This document shows positions 24,406 to 37,639 of a stretch of 64,000 bases of DNA, piece after piece. Made by a program: the position numbers and the translations under genes. Under the pieces are notes generated by a model, which ran no database searches, was not told the DNA's origin, and saw only the letters and a program-made list of their open reading frames with translations. This DNA is from Malacoraja senta (Eukaryota), in NCBI GenBank assembly GCA_038087875.1, contig CM075988.1, forward strand, positions 11,224,001 to 11,288,000. The letters are read 5' to 3'. Every line of letters starts with the position of its first letter. Within the stretch, counting starts at the first letter, position 1.

Positions 24406-25871
24406 TCACCATTCCAATTGTCTGCTTGTGTGTAAACCAGTCCCCATCTCCTTCTGTTAAATTATATTTAATATCTCCTGTGTGGCACCTAATCAAAGCC
24501 ATCAGAGAGTCCAAATATGCAACATAATTTCTGTTATTTCTGTTATTTCTGTTCCACTAGTCTAATTCCTTCATGAGGTTCCTGTAAACACCTCATGGGC
24601 TCTGCTTTGCTCCTTATATATATTTTTTTCCTGCACACTTCTCCAGTAATAGATAATGCACCTATTAAACCAGTCAATAGCATTGGCTACCAAAATTGGC
24701 TGTTTAATCTTGAAAGCTATAGGAAACCGAGCAGATCCAATGGTTGTGCTGTACAATCACATGAACTGAGACATAGGAGAATGGATTGAGGACTCCAAGA
24801 CTGAAAGATCTCCTCAAAATCAATTGTTTCCTCATTTGTACAATGAATAAACAAATGGGTTATTTAGCTTCCTCATTCCAGGAAAATAAATAAGAATTTA
24901 ACTGAGACAGCTTGTAAAATTCAGAAAATTTGAAAAGCGTAAAAAGGCTACACATGCTGGAAATCTGGTACAATTCTCAGCAGTTTTGGCAGCACTTGTC
25001 ATGGAAGTCTCGTGAAAGTTTAATTTGTTTTTCATTCTCACAAATACTGCCTGACATGATGTTTCAAGAATTTATTTTATTTTATTTTTATAGACTCCAG
25101 GCGAAAGCCCATATGTGTTTCTTTTACACTTTTTATTGCTCTCTTGAGTTAGCCTGTTGAAATTCCAGCTACTCCAGCATTTATAATATTTGGATGCAGA
25201 ATATAAGCTGTTTGCTTGGGAAAATGACGCTGAATAGATTTCCATGCAGTTAAAAAAATATCTAATGTTGGATTTTTCTTTTACTTTGTGGATCTGATCG
25301 ATTGGTCAATATCCTTGAAGGGGCATAAATGACTTCTGTACATGAATGTGTCTCTTGTGTAAGGATGACCTATATGTGTAATGTTTCCCTGTGTACTGAG
25401 GATCAATTCAACTTAGTCAATTCAATGTAACTCAGTGTTATCATAGTGTTAATTCTGGCCAAATTGGAGAGGCCAGGAGACTAAAATTGAGTAAAGGCTT
25501 CTGGGTTGCTAGGCCATTTGGTTAATTTAAATATGCCTTCTGCATAAATGGGACAAGCTGCAGAATGGTGCCAGTTTGTCTAGAGCCTAGATAAGAGTTG
25601 CATGAAGAGAATGGAACATCTGCAGTTTCTGAGAATTAGGTGTAAATTGCATGGAACAGATTGGATGAATGCAAACCAGACATTTGCAAACCAGACAAAA
25701 GCTTTGCAACATTGCATATAATGTTGTAAAGGTTTACTTTGCTAGATGTTGATTGGGTTCAGTGTTGAGCTTTGTCTGGGTTTCCTGACTATCAAGGCAC
25801 ATGTTGCATAATTCATCTCTTTTAAGTTGCATCTAGAAACTTCGTCAGATACATTGTATTAGTCACTGTAT

Positions 25872-26532
25872 TGTTGGGTTAGGGAAATATCTATCATGTA
25901 CTGTGTTAATCGATATCAGTTATTGCATTGTATAGAGACCACCCCCATGTGGTTCGGCCCCACAAGGTTTAAGGATATGGGGGAAGTCTTTTAGGACCGA
26001 GATAAGAAAAGCATTTTTTACACAGAGAGTGGTGAATCTGTGGAATTCTCTGCCAGAGAAGGTAGTTGAGGCCAGTTCATTGGCTATATTTAAGAGGGAG
26101 TTAGATGTGGCCCTTGTGGCTAAAGGGATCAGGGGGTATGGAGAGAAGGCAGGTACAGGATACTGAGTTGGATGATCAGCCATGATCATATTGAATGGCG
26201 GTGCAGGCTCAAAAGGGCCGAATGGCCTACTCCTGTACCTATTTTCTATGTTTCTAAGGTTCGGGGACCTATAAAAGGCCATTCCCACAAGGTCCTGTGT
26301 TGATCTTCTGGTAGAACACTTAGGACTGCGTGACCTTCTGGAGTGTCTCTGCTTGAACGAGGCTAGGAGGGCTTGGCCAGGCAGATACGAGGATCAAACC
26401 CGCGGTGGTTAGGTATAGTAGTGGGAACTGCAATTGTATTTTGTCAAAATACAGATTAGTTGCGCAAGTGCTTGACTCAGTGATTTTTGACTGAAACTAG
26501 ACTGGGGGGAAGCTTAGAATGAGCTATTTACA
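25872..26532 (+). mobile_element. Possible solo LTR interrupted by a CR1 fragment
   Basis: TG...CA ends, TATAAAA at ~26270, degenerate polyA-like AATACA. No matching TSD found. Confidence 0.35.
25964..26257 (+). mobile_element. CR1 LINE 3' fragment
   Basis: TQRVVNLWNSLP-coding sequence plus 3' UTR and TTCTATGTTTCTA tail; AAGGTT present on both sides. Confidence 0.85.
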
Positions 26533-26539
26533 ATAGTAG

Positions 26540-26801
26540 TTTAATTTAGTTTAGTTTAGAGATACAGGAGAGAAACAGGCCCTTTGTGCAACCAGGTCCG
26601 TGCTGACCAGCAAATACCATACACGAGGGGCAATTTACAATCTTTACCAAAGCCAATTAATCTACAAATGTGTATGTCTTTGCAGTGTGGGTGGAAATTG
26701 GAGCACCTGGGGAGTACATACAAACTCTGCACAGACAGCACCCGCAGTCAGGATCGGACCTGGGTCTCTGGTGCTGTAAGGCAGCAACTCTACCGCTGCC
26801 C
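26540..26801 (-). mobile_element. HE1-like SINE abutting the DIRS end
   Basis: (TTTAG)n tail; head GCAGCGGTAGAGTTGCTGCCTTACAGC on the minus strand. Confidence 0.8.
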
Positions 26802-27344
26802 CAGTAATAGTAAGATTAAACGAGAACTTACCAGTTTGAAGTTTGATCGTTATTTTATGAGGAGTTACGATGAGCGATTACGTGAAGAAGGCCGTCCCCA
26901 CGCGTGCGCGTCAATCTTCAAAGCAGCGGCGTGAAATCACAGATAACAGTTGTTGAACTAACATAGTAAGATTAAAGATGACTAGAACTTCCAGAAAGAT
27001 GGTTATGTTACGAGGGCCGGGAGCGGTGGGCACGTAATCGCTCATCGTAACTCCTCATGAAATAACGATCCAACTTCAAACTGGTAAGTTCTCGTTTAAT
27101 CTTACTATTTTACTTCGGAGTCACGTGAGTGACTACGTGAAGATTTTGAAGCTCTGTGATTTCATGCCGTGAGTCCACACAAGCACAACTGCATCAGTTG
27201 ACCACAGATAAAGGAAACATTCATAATGCATACAGACATGACATAGATTTAATACATGCTGATGCTGATAAATGAACAAATAATAATAATAAAAGTAACC
27301 CCTCTCATCCGAGGGGGAAAACTATGAAATAGAACCTAAAATAG

Positions 27345-28150
27345 AGTTGGCAAATGCCCCTGGTCTGGCAATGGGTTAAAATAAAATGTTTGGAAACCTC
27401 GTATGTTAGACCATCCTGCAGTCGGCAGGATGTGGTCCAGAGGACCATACATAACCCTTGCTGCTGATGTAGTAGCAGCCCTGGTAGAGTGAGATTAGAA
27501 ATTAGTATCTACTCCTGTATGAGCCAGAACCCCGTTTTAAGCAACTGGATGTGTTCTAAACTGATACCTTCTTTTGAGGTTATTAGTAACTAACTACATA
27601 GGTAGTATGAGAGCCTCTAAGGCTCTAGGTGACCTTGACGTAATGTTGTAAACGTGTGACCACACATAACCAAAGGTGCATGGGGTATGCAATGAGAACT
27701 AGTTTGAGACCTGACACCCCTGGGCTACCCTGCGTAAATAAATCGTAAACATGACATATTATATAAGTAGGTATAACCATCCTGTCCAGTCGCAATTTAT
27801 ATAATGACTGGACCCGTTGTGCTGAGAACAGCACCAATGGGATACCTTATGAGCCCCAAGCCCAAGGTAGGGATATAGCTGGAGCCCCCTGGCGAAGCAG
27901 TGTCAACACAATGTCAACATCCCATACTCCGTGTACTTGGGTCTGGGAGAACATGTGTAAAAATATCCTTAATAAACTAGAATCAGAGGGCGAGACCCAA
28001 CAGAGCTGGGTCCCGCTCGCTGCAGCATATATGATGAGAAAGCACGTTGAGCACAGTTAATGGGACTATAACTTAATTTATTGTCAAGGGCCCATAGAAA
28101 ATGAACTCTAAGACGTCGGTGTCTGTGCCGTATTATATGTAACACTATGC
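27345..28150 (-). pseudogene. DIRS tyrosine recombinase remnant
   Basis: Minus-strand peptides LSYSPIN.A..AFS, PRPKY..WDVDIVL, LFSAQRVQSL, LCVV..L..Y and HSTRAATTS...IL..AGWSN...FQTFY (R...HxxR...W...Y), with stops and frameshifts. Confidence 0.85.
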
Positions 28151-28347
28151 ATTAACTGTTATCATGCCCCGTCCAGATACATTCCAAATGACTTCTGAGA
28201 TCCCTGTGAATGCCTTAAAGATCTTTAAAGAAATCAGTTTGTTAGTAACGAAGTAGCATATACTGAAAATCTATGTTGCAAATGTGAGTTTAAATTAATT
28301 ATGAACCGACATCCTCCATCTTTTACAATAAAACAGGCAACGCCTGC

Positions 28348-28704
28348 CATAATTCCGTGCCTGCCTTAAATCACAACTCTGGCCAGATTCGCGAGCCTGT
28401 CTCGAGAGGTGATCCTGACCATAATACTGAGGCTGCCTTGAAAGGCTACTCCGGCCATAATTCTGAGCCTGCATCGAAAGACAACTGGTCAATTCCCGAG
28501 CTTGTCTCGGAAGACAATCCTGGCCGTAATACTGAGCCTGCCTCGAAAGACAACTCTGGCCATAATTCCGAGCTTGTTTCGTAAGGCAATCCTGGCCATA
28601 ACACTGAGCCTGCCTCGAAAGACAACTCTGGCCATAATTCCGAGCTTGCTCTGTAAGGCAATCCTGGCCATAACACTGAGCCTGCCTCGAAAGACAACTC
28701 TGGC
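28348..28704. repeat. 36-bp tandem array (~10 units) with 72-bp A/B higher-order period
   Basis: A = CATAATTCCGAGCTTGTTTCGTAAGGCAATCCTGGC, B = CATAACACTGAGCCTGCCTCGAAAGACAACTCTGGC; unit starts at 28525, 28561, 28597, 28633 and 28669. Confidence 0.95.
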
Positions 28705-30841
28705 CCCAAATCCAAGCCAAGCTTGGTACCCTTGTACTGTGCAATAACAACCCAATCTCATACTATCATTATCATTTGTACAAAAACCAATTTAAATATT
28801 ACCAACTTGTAAATGGTCTACTTACCCCATGTTTCGGAAGAAACAGACCCACCTACCTCCATGGTTACCGGTAGTCTATGGTAAACCCAACGGCCCCTGA
28901 TGTGGGTTCTATTCCCGTCCTTGATTGGAGAGTAGGAATGGTAGTGTATGTGGATTCCATTTCCTGAGACCGGCTTGGACTTTGGCCTCTGCGCAGCTTT
29001 CAAGCTGCCACCAGATTCAGTGAACTGCTTACTGCCCATGAGGCGTGGGGTGTGTCGTCGCCGATACGATGAAGCTTTCTTCGTTGGTAGTACCTTAATC
29101 AGCCCGACACCTTTAGCTTCCTCATCCAGGTATACCTGTTGGATAAGTCGTACCTGAAGAGAAGATTCGGCGGCTGGTTTCATTTCCTCCAATGTCACCC
29201 CTGATAGCGCTGTTCACGGCCGGCACTTGTAGCGTGAGGGCAAACTCTGGCCCCTTCCAGGTTTTCTGCCCACAGCAGTAACCCTTTCGTTTGCGAGTAT
29301 TTCCTTAGAGCCATATGCATGTGCTCCTGTATGTTCCACAGACATACTTTGAATTTGAAGTCAGTTACATACTGACCACTCGCACTCCCCTCCACAGAGA
29401 CGGAGATTCGTAGACAGCCCTGAGAACAGGTGCTGCAGCAGGCCTCTGAGGATACCTGCATCTGACTCAGTTTAAAACTGGCCTCTTACGCTCTCCTCCT
29501 CAGAGAGGGAGACATCAAGCAGCCCTGACACAGATGCTGCTGCCACGGGTTCTCCATAATACCCGGGCTCAGATAGCTCCCTTCTTCGGAACACATCTCT
29601 TTGGAGCAACCTCTCTCCAGATGGGTCAGTCTTCGAAACACACTGCCCATAGAAGGGGGAGAGTCCTCCTGGCCCGAATCCTCGGAGTCCAGGGCCCTGA
29701 CAGACTTTTAGTGGCTTTTTCTCCCCTGCGGGGTAGCCAAGGTGCTCTCTGCCGGCACCAAGTCTGTAGCTGCTGGCTCTACCACCAGTGACTCGAAAAA
29801 GGCGAATTTTGACCGACGGCCGCTACCCGCACTTCCGCGATATCCGTAGCGGGTTCCCCACGGTCCGTGGCCGGGCTTCCCCGAGGTCGTGACCGGGATT
29901 CCCTGCCGTCCGTGACTGGGCTCCCCGCGGTCCTAAAGCCCCGTGGCCCGTCCGGACTTCGCCCCGAATCCAGCAGGCAAGCTCTGGAAGGAGCTTCCTG
30001 CAACACAAAACACAAATCCTAGAAATTAACTTTTAAACTTACCTTTAGGTTTAAACTTACCGCTGGCAGGCTGCAGCGCGCCTACTAGTGTAGCGTTGCG
30101 CAACGCGACAGACGTAATGACGCGCACGCGTGGGGACGGCCTTCTTCGCGTAGTTACTCACGTGAATCCGAAGTAAAATAGCTTGAGTAGATTTCTGCTC
30201 TGTCTTCCCCATCCCCACATTCAATCAATGATGCTGAATTTCTTTTTGAACTCCGCCCGAAAATTCCCGAAAATTACCCAACTTTAGTCGCCTATCTCCT
30301 TTTTCTGCTGGTCACGCCCACTTGCAAGCTAGAGAACTGAGCCGGATTATGGGCAGGAATTACATATAATGAAAAAGCATCAAGGTTTGCAATGACTTTA
30401 CATATTTAGTGAGCCTTGGATACCAGTGATGCCATATTGAGAGTCAAGCAAGCTACCATCTATCCTCAATCATATCCATGCCATAATGTAACAGAAATGC
30501 CAAGAATATCACAATCTATACTGACCAAAGAAAAAATATTTTCACTGTTTATGTGAAGTGACAATTAATTATGATATGCCTATGAGGTTAATTGTGTTAT
30601 TTCCTTCAGTAACCCCATGAGAAATATGTTGCAATCACAAACTTTTTGAGGAAAATAAAATGTCTGGAAAATAATAGATTGGATAATTTATACATGAATT
30701 CAAGCATTACCAAAAGTTGTGATTGTCGGGCTTAATTTGTATATGCAAAAAAATGTGTTAATTGCACACACAAAATAGTGCTGGACAACATCTTTTTAGT
30801 TCTCTTACAGTTCTCTACCAGTAATTCAAACAATTCCCATA

Positions 30842-31140
30842 GGCGGCATGGTGGCGCAGCAGTAGAGTTCCTGCCTTACAGTCCTGACAGCACCAGTGAC
30901 CCGGGTTCGATCCCGACTACGGTGCTGCCTGTTCGGAGTTTTACATTCTCCCTGTGACCGCGTGGGTTTTCTCTGAGATCTTCAGTTTCCTCCCGCACTC
31001 CAAGGACAGGTTTGTAGGTTAATTGGCTTGGTATAAATGTAAATTGTCCCTAATGTGTAGGATAGTGTCAATGCGTGGGATTCGATGGTCAGTGCGGTCG
31101 AAGGACGGAATGATCTGTTCTCACGCTGTATCTCTAAAAC
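30842..31140 (+). mobile_element. HE1-like SINE, full length
   Basis: GGCGGCATGGTGGCGCAGCAGTAG A-box region, GGTTCGATCCC B-box, GCTGTATCTCTAAA end. Confidence 0.9.
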
Positions 31141-31907
31141 CTCCATATAATCGCCCTTGTATTTTCATATTGCCTGAAATAACTGTTCAGGTCTATCGAT
31201 AGTGTCATTGTCAACCTTTGTAAATTAAGGTTGACTTTAGGCAATGCTTAGAATTAATCTAATGTGTATTGATTTACTATATTTTCTGTACAATCCTTGA
31301 GGGCAAGGGTGTTTATATGTCAAATTGAGTTATGCTCATTGAGAACATTTAATTATATGTCAAAGGCAATTTTAATTGCTTCATTTATTGATATAGTCAA
31401 GTGTTATGTGCTATAATGTGTCGGCCTTTTTCAGAAAGATGCATGAGAAAGTATTCAGAGGTGAAACACAGAGGCCTTAAGGTAAGAACTACAGTTCACA
31501 TCATTGGACTTCTTAACAGAAGTTAAGGCCGAGGTTCATGTCTGTAAATAGATAATGGAGATGAAAGCAATTTATTTAATTTAAAACAACATAAATGAAA
31601 AAAAAACCCAATATTAACAGGTCTCATTTGAGTTTTATTCACATTTTCTGTGTTTCACCAGGAGTATAGGATATCAGAACCAGGCTCGATTGAAGTACTT
31701 TGTTCTTCAGCTGGATATTTATTTGAACTCTGCTTAACACTACAAACATGAACATAGGAGATGTTTGATACCTAAGATGATGATGGTTCCTGAATTATTG
31801 GAACAAGGTAGAGTTTATAATCAGCCAGCTATGAATGAAAAGACAAAAGGAAAGATGGGCTGTGTTTCACCTTCCACATTGCCCTGACATTCAATTCAAA
31901 AAACCAC

Positions 31908-32645
31908 CAGGGGTGCCGAACGATTGGCAGCCCCGCCAACAGTCTGTTTTTTAGTCTTTTAATTTTTTTTGGTGTTTTATAAGTTTGTGTAAATGTTCTC
32001 CGGTTTGTTTTATGTGGGGTGAGGGGGGGGGGAGGGGAAACTTATTTTTTTGTTTCTTATCTTGCCAGAGACGCGATGTTTCCAGGTCGCGTCTCCGGTC
32101 ACTTTGTGGCCTATCATCGATGGGCCTGGAGGCCTCTTCGGACTGACCTTGCGCCCCACCGCGGGGCACGGACTTAATATCGGAGCAGATACCTTGCCTG
32201 TGATCGTGGCCTGCGGACTTACCATCAAGAGCTCGCACTCTCGGGAGATGCTAGTCGGGAACTCCCACGAACGCAGAGGCTCGACCAGCCCCGACACGGC
32301 GTTCGATCGCCCGGCGCGTTGGAGCTGACATCACCCCGATGCAGGAGCTGGATCGCCCCGATCCGGAGGGCCCAAAACGCCACCGGCTACGAGAGTGAAA
32401 ATTGTCCTGTCTACGGAGGGCTCGAGGCCCCCGACCGCAGGAGAGCAAAGGGAAGAGATTGAACTTTTTTTTGCCTTCCGTCACAGTGAGGAATGTGGAG
32501 TCTCTGGGGTGGATGTTTATGTTCAAATGTGTTTTGTGTTTTGTGTTTCTTTTTGATTGACTTGGCAAATGAAATTCCTCGTATGTTGCAAAACATACTT
32601 GGCTAATAAAGTATTATTGTGATTGTGATTGTGATTGTGATTGAT
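31908..32645 (+). mobile_element. GC-rich composite retroposon, apparently full length
   Basis: Head GGTGCC..TGGCAGCC..CCAACAG.CTGT, T-tract, CpG-rich body, hairpin core 32472-32522, tail AAATTCCTCGTATG...CATACTTGGCTAATAAAG(ATTGTG)n. Confidence 0.75.
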
Positions 32646-32793
32646 TATGGCTGATCTCTTATCCAGAAATTAAATTGCATAATTTTGTATCTTCAATGTC
32701 ATGTGATTGAAAATAGATTTTTCCTAAAATGAATACATAAACAACCAATTCTGGGTCATTTTGCGTCACTTCAGAAATGTGATTTGACACGAT

Positions 32794-33237
32794 GGGCAGC
32801 ACGGTGGAGCAGCAGTAGAGTTGCTACCTTACGGCCCTTACAGTGCCAGAGACCAGGGTTCGATCCCGACGATGGGTTCTTGTCTGTAGGGAGTTTGTAC
32901 GTTCTCCCTGTGACCGCATTTTACATTTGGGTGAAATAATTTAGCTAGAGATACAGCGTGGAAACAGGCCCTTTGGCCCACTGAGACCAGCGATCCCCGC
33001 ATATTAACACTATCCTACACACACTTGGGACAATTTTTACATTTATACCAAGTCAATTAACATACAAACATGTGGGTCATTGGAGTGTGAGAGGAAACCG
33101 AAGATCTCAGAGAAAACCCATGCGGTTACGGGGAGAATGTACAAACTCCGTACAGACAAGCACCTGTAGTCGGGATCGAACCCGGGTCTCTGGTGCTGTA
33201 AGCGCTGTAAGGCAGCAACTCCACCGCTGTGCCACCA
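32794..33237. mobile_element. SINE 5' fragment (+, 32794-32917) and full SINE (-, 32938-33237)
   Basis: HE1-like heads in both orientations. Confidence 0.85.
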
Positions 33238-33843
33238 TACTGAACACAGGTTCCCAAGGTGGTAGGAATTGAACTATAAATGCTTTGTAAATTGATATTC
33301 TAAAATGTATTCATCTGAGATCTCTTGGAAACGTAATTAGCAATGAGCCAATCCTGCTGCATGCTAACTGATAGAGAACCATCAGTTGATGCAGTACAGC
33401 GGTCAGTATATTCCTGCTTTGCATGTCGTAATGAGCTGGAGGATCTGGTTTCTGAACACCATCTTTTAATTACAGAAGTAACACTACTCAGCCATAAAGG
33501 AACACAAAGTTTCAATGGAATTCACCTGCTGGCTATTATTTCTAAAGCCAGTAGCAACTGTTCAGCAGCAATGCCGTTATTCATTACATCGCCAATCTCT
33601 CACTCTTCAAACCAATCTGTTCAACAATTTCCAAATAGCTGGTATAAAATTAAAGATGGATCAAAAGGTTGTAATAGTCCATATTTTGTTCAATCAATTG
33701 CTCTTGATTACTTTCAAGGGCTGCCAATGTAGTTATAAGCTGAAGAAGCCAAGATGAACAATGGGTTTGTTTGTGAAAAGCTTTGGAATATTTTGGGCAA
33801 GAGCAGACTATCGGAGTACAATGTATTGCAAGCTCACTTACTT

Positions 33844-34140
33844 GTTTAGTTTAGTATGGTTTAGAGATACTGCGCGGAAACAGGCCCTTCAGCTCTCCGA
33901 GTCCGCGCCGACCAGCGATCCCCGCATATTAACACTATCCTACACACAGTCGGGACAATTTTCACATTTTCCAAGCTAATTTTACCTACATATCTGTACG
34001 TCTTTGGGTGTGGGAGGAAACCGAAGATCTCGGAGAAAACCCACGCAGGTCAAGGGGAGAACGTACAAACAGAGAGCAACCGTAGTCGGGATCGAACCCT
34101 GATCTCCAGTAAGGCAGCAACTCTACCGCTGCGCCACCAT
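33844..34140 (-). mobile_element. HE1-like SINE
   Basis: Reverse complement head ATGGTGGCGCAGCGGTAGAGTTGCTGCCTTAC; (CTAAA)n tail. Confidence 0.88.
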
Positions 34141-37100
34141 GACGCATTGTCTTGTGAACGGGATTGTGGTGGACTATTAATTGTTAAAGGTGTCATTCTG
34201 GGTTATGCACCATTTAGCATTGAGAGGAGGCAGATTGAACAATTCAGACACATCCTTCAAAGCCTGGGCAAGGGGGGGAATAGCCCAGATAAAGGATTAC
34301 ATAGACTTTTATTTTCTGAGCACGACAGATTCCAAACACAATTTTACTGAGAATACCTCTGGTTGACTGTTATTTCTGGGAAATCATGCCAATTAGAAAA
34401 TTGGATTGTGCACTTCAGAGCAAATAAACAATTTAAACTACTTTTTTTTCCTGGCACAATAAGCTCACTGAATGATGTAAAAATGTACACAACTCTTGTT
34501 CCAACGTATTGATGTATATTATAGCTTAAACCTTCACATAATGACCAGTGTGGGATAGCTCAGTTAAACAGAGTACAGCGTGAAACCTCCTTGTTCAACT
34601 CAAGATTTAATGGTATATTCTTTATACATTAGGAGACCTTAAATGTCACCTTTGGGACTGATTGAGGACTGCTCAGAAACCTAGTAAAGTACACATTGTA
34701 TGCTTATTTGGTCGGGTGGGCAGGCAGTCCAGGATTAAAGGGCGTAGCTTGAAGTTGAAAAGAGCAACGTTTAAAGGAGATGTGTGAGAAAAGAGTTTTA
34801 TACATGTTGGAGGATGCAGATAGGTTTGTGATGTTCAAGAAGCTTTTTAATTGGCACACGGATATGTAGGGAATGGCGGGATATGGATTATGTACAGGCA
34901 GATATGATTAGTTTATCTTGGCATCATATTCAGCACAGATATTGTGGATTGCAGGGCCTGTTCCTGTGCTGTACTTTTCCATAATCCTGTGTTCTAATGT
35001 GCAAATCATCTCACTCTTCCATGTCATTGAAAACCTCCCACTGATGGTCTTCATCATAGTGTTCTGGAAGTGTATGGATTCATGTGGTAATTCTGTGCCA
35101 CACCAACTACCTACATTTCATAAAGCCACACAGTACTGCAACAATTCAGCAGATCAAGCAGATAATGTGGTTAGATGACATTTCAGGTTAGGACTCTTAT
35201 TCAGACCCTTATTTTTGAGTCTGAAGAGGAGTCCTGACGTGAAACATCACTCATGCATGTTCTCCAGGAATGCTGCCTGACCCACTGAGCTGCTCCAGTG
35301 CGTTATTTGGTTCTCTTTTTTTTGTAAACCAGCAGCTGCAGTTCCTTGTGTCTACCTAGATCTCATACCAGACTAGAGGCCATTCATGCTTGATGTCTTT
35401 CCTTGGCCTGTCTCGTGAGCAATATTACTTACATACATGGCTTTAAAAGTCATTACAGACCTGTGTGAAATTCTATGACATGGCCTTTGAGTTTGTCCAT
35501 GCACCTTCAAGGGATGACATCTTTCTCTGATTGCCGTGTGGGCGATGCTTGGATGCACGTTTCCAATGCAAAGTACCTCAAACCTGGTGCTAACTTATTT
35601 TGATACATTTTAAGAGAGCACTGAACCCATGTGGTATTGCAACAAAAAGAGATGTAATCCAAACTCTAAACAAATATCTTTATCGAGAACTGTTTCTTTG
35701 GAAGCTTGATATCAAATCATGGAGTCTGTACTTTTAACATGGGATCTGTGCTCGTGAAAAACGTGCTATCTCAAAATGTTCTAATTTCCAGAGAGGCATT
35801 AATATCAGTCAGTCTGCAGAACAGATTAGATAATTTTCTATAGCTCTGGTACGTTATGTGCAGTGGTCATTCTAAATAATCATTTTGGCCGAGGTAAAAT
35901 TTCATGGCATATTTATTTTAAAAGTCTGAGCAAAGCTGAGAGTTGTCTGGTTGTACAAACGTTCTGGCTGATCCGTGTTTCACTTTAATGGTGTGCCGTT
36001 GACAGAAAAGGTCATTGGTAATTGCAAACAGCTGCAAGACTGCAGATTCAACTTCTCACATCAATGAGGAAGAAGACTTTATTTGGACAGGTGGGTGATG
36101 GATGGGCATGCCAATCACCAGTTAAGCTATGGGGAGACTCTTCAACCTATCAATTGTAAGATGACGTGTGAGGTTTTAAATGGGACTGACAGCATCAATG
36201 CAGTCAATTGTATGGTCAAGCGACCAACTATTCTCTGCGGCCATTAATTCTCCAAAGTTGCAACTGCTGGAGATTCATCTGAACTCTCCAAAAAAAAAGG
36301 TGGATCTCAGTTATGTCCCAGCTCAACATGCAATGGGAATTCTGCAATTCAAAGGATATTCACCAGAAACCTCCCCCATTTCTCACAATGGAAGTTTTCA
36401 TTTAATTCTGGAGGGGATGACAGGGGTAGAGTCCTCACAGTTCTGTGTGGGAGCATTAGGGTCCACCATGTACAACATTCAACATATGGTAGTCAGGGTT
36501 GAACCCGGGTCTCTGGCACTGTAAGGAGTTGAAGAAATAACTGGAGGACAGTTTCTCTTCAATGCTCAGTCTATATTTAACCTGTAACCTTCAACATTCA
36601 ATTGGTTACCCTTTTGAGGCATGTGGGATCATGCTGGGTATAAAGTGGCTCTTGCATTTCCTACATTACACTACATGAAATGCGAAATCCATTGGGTGCC
36701 TTGAGCTCTTGAACCGATTTATTTACCTGCAGATCAGTCTTCCATTCTCAGCAAATAACGGGAAATATTCTAGCATCCAAGGTTTCTTGTGTCAATTGAA
36801 TATATTAGTTCATTTCAGAGGGAATAACCTAAAGATGAGATGGTGCTGAAGTTCCTCTCACACTGTGTGGGAGTATTAGAATTCACCAGAACCAGCGTTC
36901 TACATATTTAAGTGGCATGTTAGTTCTTACACTGTAATTTTTGTCCTTCAGCACAGCAAGGGGCTGTTGTACTGATATGAGGAGAGCATCAGATAGCCAG
37001 TATCAGCTTTCAGCATGGGCATTAACCTTGAATCAAGCAGCACCTCGAATTCCCTTGAAGGAGACTATTGAAACGTCTTTAATCTGTTTGCATTTTAAAT

Positions 37101-37639
37101 TTAAGACCGAATGCTACCATGCTGCAGTTCTTAAAGGAGTGTGCATTGTAGAATCGAATTTCACAATTTCTTCTTGGATCTGAAAAGAAAACGGGAAACG
37201 ATGACTAATAATATCCTTACTTCATTTTTCAATACAAACATACAATTAATTTGCAGGAGAAGTTATATTGATATGGGTCGGAAGGAACTGCAGATACTAT
37301 CAAAGGTAAACATAAAATGTTGGGGTAACTCACTGGGTCAGGCAGCATCTCCGGAGAAAAGGAATAGGTAGCGTTCGAGTCAGAACCCTTCTTCGGACTG
37401 GAGAAGGGTTCTGACCTGAAACGTCACCTATTCCTTTTCTCCAGATACAGTATATTGAAGTGGATTGTGTTGGTGTTCCCTCTCACAGAACTGCTGCCTG
37501 TGGTCCGAGAAGCGCATGTATTTGGAACAGATGTAGAGAGTGTAGGGATGAAGCTCAGTTATGATCAGGCTATGACCAGCATCGTGGACAGACCTAGCTG
37601 CCGATAGAGGCACAAGGAACTCCACTTGCTGGAATCTTG

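Larger units (their letters stand above)
26806..30180 (-). mobile_element. DIRS1-type tyrosine-recombinase retrotransposon, internally deleted and degenerate
   Basis: ITR 26879-26913 pairs with 30118-30152. The internal complementary region 27031-27143 matches both termini. YR motifs and RT traces lie on the minus strand. Confidence 0.92.

Noticed and set aside
28348..28704. CRISPR-like appearance (36-bp periodicity)
   Set aside because: Both alternating units are repeated and related to each other, so there are no unique spacers. No cas genes are present and the context is eukaryotic.
30842..30920. tRNA genes
   Set aside because: The A/B-box sequences are SINE heads continuing into SINE bodies; no complete cloverleaf.
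33343..33732. 129-aa ORF in non-repeat sequence
   Set aside because: No recognisable domain or convincing splice sites; compatible with chance.
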